This document shows, in pieces, positions 61,118-64,000 of a stretch of DNA of 64,000 bases; position 1 is the stretch's first letter; each line of letters starts with the position of its first letter. The DNA is taken from positions 187,402 to 251,401 of the forward strand of contig CAVUXE010000009.1 of assembly GCA_963745235.1 (NCBI GenBank), written 5' to 3'. The translations under genes were made by a program, and so were the position numbers. The notes under the pieces were generated by a model that was not told the origin of the DNA, searched no databases, and worked only from the letters and a program-made list of their open reading frames with translations. Source of the stretch: an uncultured Spirochaetota bacterium. Lineage in GTDB: Bacteria > Spirochaetota > Spirochaetia > SZUA-6 > Fen-1364.

Positions 61118-61873
61118 ATGGACAGCGAAGTTTCCCTATCCCAGCTCGAATCCACGGCCAACCTCGTCCATTTCCAGACGACCGACTATCTGGCCAAGGT
61201 GGTGAAAGACAAGACTCTGTTCTTCCAGAATGTGCGTCGGTATGGACACGAAGTCAACGTCTTGGCGGTAGACGAATTCTACTCGACTGAAACCATTGGC
61301 GTGTTCTGCTTCAGCAACGACATGCGAGCCGTATTTGATGCAGACATGTGGCACACGTACGCCTCCAAAGGTCTCGGCAAGTCAGTGTGCATCGGGTTCT
61401 GGGAAGCCGGCGCAGAAGCCGTCGCAAACTCAAGCGGAACTCTGGCACAGGCACTGGAGCTTTCGAGGGCCAATCACCGTCTCTACGTCAACAATCACCA
61501 TGAGATGTCAGAACAGGCCTATATCGCCCAGGCAGCATACCTCGATCCATCGAGACTCGACGAGTACCGGGCGTTGCCCCTGTGCACACCTGAAGGGCTT
61601 CGTACTGCAACAGAGGTTGCATTGCTCACTCTGGAACCGCTCTCTCTTCGCAAAGAATACGAACAAAGATTCGTCATCCTGGATTGTCCAGACACCAAAG
61701 ATATCCGCTTCCCTTCAAGGTTTCTGCGGAAGGCGAAGCTGCTCGTCCTTGGCCCGGACATGAACGACCACGAGGCATTGGGCATTGTCCAGGAGTACAG
61801 TGGGCACATTGGCAGAATCTGGCGGGCATCGTCAGATCAAGGCAAGATCACTATCTGCAGGCTTTTGAATTGA
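61118..61873 (+). CDS. DUF2971-like protein, cassette 12
   Basis: VFCFS..MWHTYA...VCIGF and KEYEQRF resemble DUF2971. Confidence 0.6.
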   Translation: MDSEVSLSQLESTANLVHFQTTDYLAKVVKDKTLFFQNVRRYGHEVNVLAVDEFYSTETIGVFCFSNDMRAVFDADMWHTYASKGLGKSVCIGFWEAGAEAVANSSGTLAQALELSRANHRLYVNNHHEMSEQAYIAQAAYLDPSRLDEYRALPLCTPEGLRTATEVALLTLEPLSLRKEYEQRFVILDCPDTKDIRFPSRFLRKAKLLVLGPDMNDHEALGIVQEYSGHIGRIWRASSDQGKITICRLLN

Positions 61874-61882
61874 CGGAGAACC

Positions 61883-62005
61883 ACATAACAAATCGTTGCA
61901 GTTGTCGCCTTGAGTGCGTCTTTGATTCGGCACGAGACAGTCCGGAGATCGGCAGGATGGCTTCGCATTTCTGATGCGGCGGCGCAACTGAACTCTATGT
62001 TATGC
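61883..62005 (+). other. attC12
   Basis: acataac...gttatgc. Confidence 0.88.
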
Positions 62006-62063
62006 CCAATTGGGCTTGCTTTCGTTCGCGCAAAACCTGACGCTGACGCTGAGGGGCGACTCC

Positions 62064-62840
62064 ATGGACGAAACAGCAGTGCGGCCGATCGAAACGCGCA
62101 TACTCGAAGCACTATCCTACTACGGAAGGGCAGACCTCGCTCAACTCCTTGGACGGTCACGCTACGAACTTGACATCTCATCAACCTACGGCCGTGCCTA
62201 TAGCGCCTACCGGACAACTATTCAGATGTACTGGGACATTCGAACTCACGAACGCATATTGACGCTATCCGACCCCGACAAAGAGGACGTCTATAAGGCC
62301 TTCCAGGTCGTGCATCCGTTGCAGAGTGGTGGGCTGGACATCTGCTGGATAGAATCGTTCGTCGATCCGAGTATCCCCATACCAACGCCAACCGGGGTCA
62401 CCACCAAACTCAGCAGCATAGATCTTGCCTTCATTTCTGAACAAATCAACAAGTGCGACACCAAGTTGGCTGTCGCGGACTATGAGGGTGCATTGACCAA
62501 CGCAAGAAGCCTTCTTGAGGCGACCCTAAAGCACATCCTTGATCAGGCCGGGGAGACATACGAGGCGTCCGATGACCTCGTCAAGCTTTACCGAAAGGCC
62601 GCTGTCCTTCTTAAGATGAATCCGGCGGACTATGCAAACGACTCGTTCAAGAAGATCCTTTCCGGCTTTTTCGGCATTGTTCAGGGTGTTTCAGAAACGC
62701 GGAATGCCTTTTCCGACGCACATGGGAGAACGGCAAAGCACAAGTACAAGCTCGAAGCCCGTCATGCCAAACTTGTGGTAGACGCAGTGAAAACCGTGGC
62801 GGAATTTACATTCAGGTCGTTCACCGAGCGCGCCCAGTGA
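62064..62840 (+). CDS. Abortive-infection family protein (Abi_C domain), cassette 13
   Basis: GALTNARSLLEATLKHIL, ILSG, RNAFSDAHG, HAKLVVD. Confidence 0.85.
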   Translation: MDETAVRPIETRILEALSYYGRADLAQLLGRSRYELDISSTYGRAYSAYRTTIQMYWDIRTHERILTLSDPDKEDVYKAFQVVHPLQSGGLDICWIESFVDPSIPIPTPTGVTTKLSSIDLAFISEQINKCDTKLAVADYEGALTNARSLLEATLKHILDQAGETYEASDDLVKLYRKAAVLLKMNPADYANDSFKKILSGFFGIVQGVSETRNAFSDAHGRTAKHKYKLEARHAKLVVDAVKTVAEFTFRSFTERAQ

Positions 62841-62851
62841 AATGGAATTGG

Positions 62852-62967
62852 GCATAACAAATCGTTGGAGTTGTCGCCTTAGGTGGTCTCCCGGTTCGAA
62901 GGAATGTCGTTACTGTGGTTCGCTTCGCGCTGGTGATTCGGCGGCGCAACTGAACTCTATGTTATGA
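62852..62967 (+). other. attC13
   Basis: gcataac...gttatga. Confidence 0.9.
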
Positions 62968-63092
62968 CGCAGGGACCAGGGGGCGCGCGAGGATGACCGG
63001 TTTCGTAGTACGTCAGACTGCAGGCCAAGGTGTGCTCTTTGGCGTCTGCATGATTCGAGGTCTATCGCAGTGTATACAAAAGGGGTGATCGA

Positions 63093-63795
63093 GTGGGTAG
63101 AAGCAATAGGAACGTTGAGTTCATCAACCAACTGATGCACGTGAGTGGTCACAGCAGGCTGACAGCATTCGCCAAGGCGGCCGGGCAAAGTGTCCAGAAT
63201 ATGTCCTCCTACCTGTCAGGGACAAAGACGCCTGGTTCAAGAGTACTGGCAAGTGTGTTGAAACATCTATACGGAGGTAGACATCCGAACGTCGAGTTCT
63301 TCAACGTGCTATTTCAGATAAGCGGGTATCCGACGAAGGCCTCCTTTGCAAAAGCATGCGGGTTGAGCTCGCCGAATGCGACATCGTATCTGAACGGGAC
63401 CAAGATCCCCAAGGCGCGGGCACTGGCAAGGGCACTGCAAGATCTCTACGGGTGGCCGGTAAAGAGGTTGGCAGAGATACAACCCTTGCCAGCGAATCTG
63501 AACCAACTACCTAAGGAACCTGGAGTCTATGTGCTGTATGACTCAGGAATGAACGTTCTCTACGTAGGCAAGGCAAAGCATTTTGATTCAGAAATAAGGC
63601 AGACTCTCGGTCGGAGGGTGCCGACCAATCTCAGACTGGGCCCGACCTTGAAGAACCAGAAGCCGCGTTTGGGTCGCCTTGCGACACTGCATTCGCTTTA
63701 CAAATCAAGAATCCGAGGTGCTGCACAAAATTGAAAGTCTGATTCTCAGAATCATCAGTAATCAGAGCCACAACACCAACATTGGTCATTTCTAA
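63093..63795 (+). CDS. Tandem-HTH plus GIY-YIG nuclease, cassette 14; C-terminus frameshifted near 63700
   Basis: Two ~57-aa repeats; PGVYVLYD..VLYVGKA; the shifted frame supplies HKIESLILRIISNQSHN. Confidence 0.78.
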
Positions 63796-63805
63796 GCCCG
63801 CTGCG

Positions 63806-63922
63806 TCATAACAAATCGTTGCAGTTGTCGCCTTAGGACCTCTTCTGTTATGAGGTAGCTTCGTCCTAATCTCGGTGCAGGGCTGGGCTGATGCGGCGGC
63901 GCAACTGAACTCTATGTTATGC
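63806..63922 (+). other. attC14
   Basis: tcataac...gttatgc. Confidence 0.9.
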
Positions 63923-64000
63923 CTCTCCAACCTTGGCGGCCCACAGGTTTGAAAGCGTCGTCAGTTCAGAGCGGTGCGCGCAGACAACCAGTGGGTGATA
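63917..64000 (+). repeat. Start of cassette 15, a second copy of vapBC cassette 8 (truncated by the window end)
   Basis: Identical to 56438-56521. Confidence 0.9.

Noticed and set aside
5296-63795. About a dozen frameshifted genes (Ehr subunits, outer-membrane protein, aldo/keto reductase, HD-GYP, dctQM, ritA, methyltransferase, GIY-YIG) as mass pseudogenisation or programmed frameshifting
   Set aside because: Scattered single-base indels in otherwise intact genes fit long-read consensus error better; read polishing is needed. Only the IS630 A9 site fits a known programmed shift.
51049-63922. Recurrent repeats read as a CRISPR array
   Set aside because: The repeats are ~116-123 bp imperfect palindromes with TAAC/GTT ends separated by gene-sized DNA next to intI, so they are attC sites; no cas genes are present
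50696-63930. Family of minus-strand ORFs sharing NIELSRPAAS, NIEFSCAAA or QLQRFV
   Set aside because: These are antisense translations of attC repeats, not a protein family

Overview
This is GC-rich bacterial DNA, tentatively from a free-living spirochaete-like anaerobe (inferred only from the TatT/TRAP transporter and gene content). Many single-base frameshifts are probably assembly errors. Positions 1-41.6 kb are core metabolic DNA: a binding-protein/kinase/sigma54-regulator set, an Ehr (hydrogenase-related) membrane complex, gpmA, an [FeFe]-hydrogenase maturation operon (regulator-hydG-aspA-hydF-hydE) behind a promoter-leader-terminator attenuator, signalling genes, a TatT-TRAP transporter and nfeD/SPFH. 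Positions 41.7-64 kb are accessory. An IS66 (8-bp target duplication) has its transposase split by a three-recombinase RIT element with perfect 90-bp inverted repeats. A chromosomal integron follows, with attI, 14 complete cassettes and the start of a 15th. The most striking observation is that intI is split just before its catalytic tyrosine by a 1.27-kb insertion with no transposase. The insertion carries a beta-propeller gene and, near one end, a hairpin copy of its own target site. Also notable: a duplicated gene-less cassette built from three degenerate ~120-140 bp repeats, 12-15 bp cassette-specific terminal inverted repeats, an IS630 inside an attC, three toxin-antitoxin types and several candidate anti-phage cassettes.
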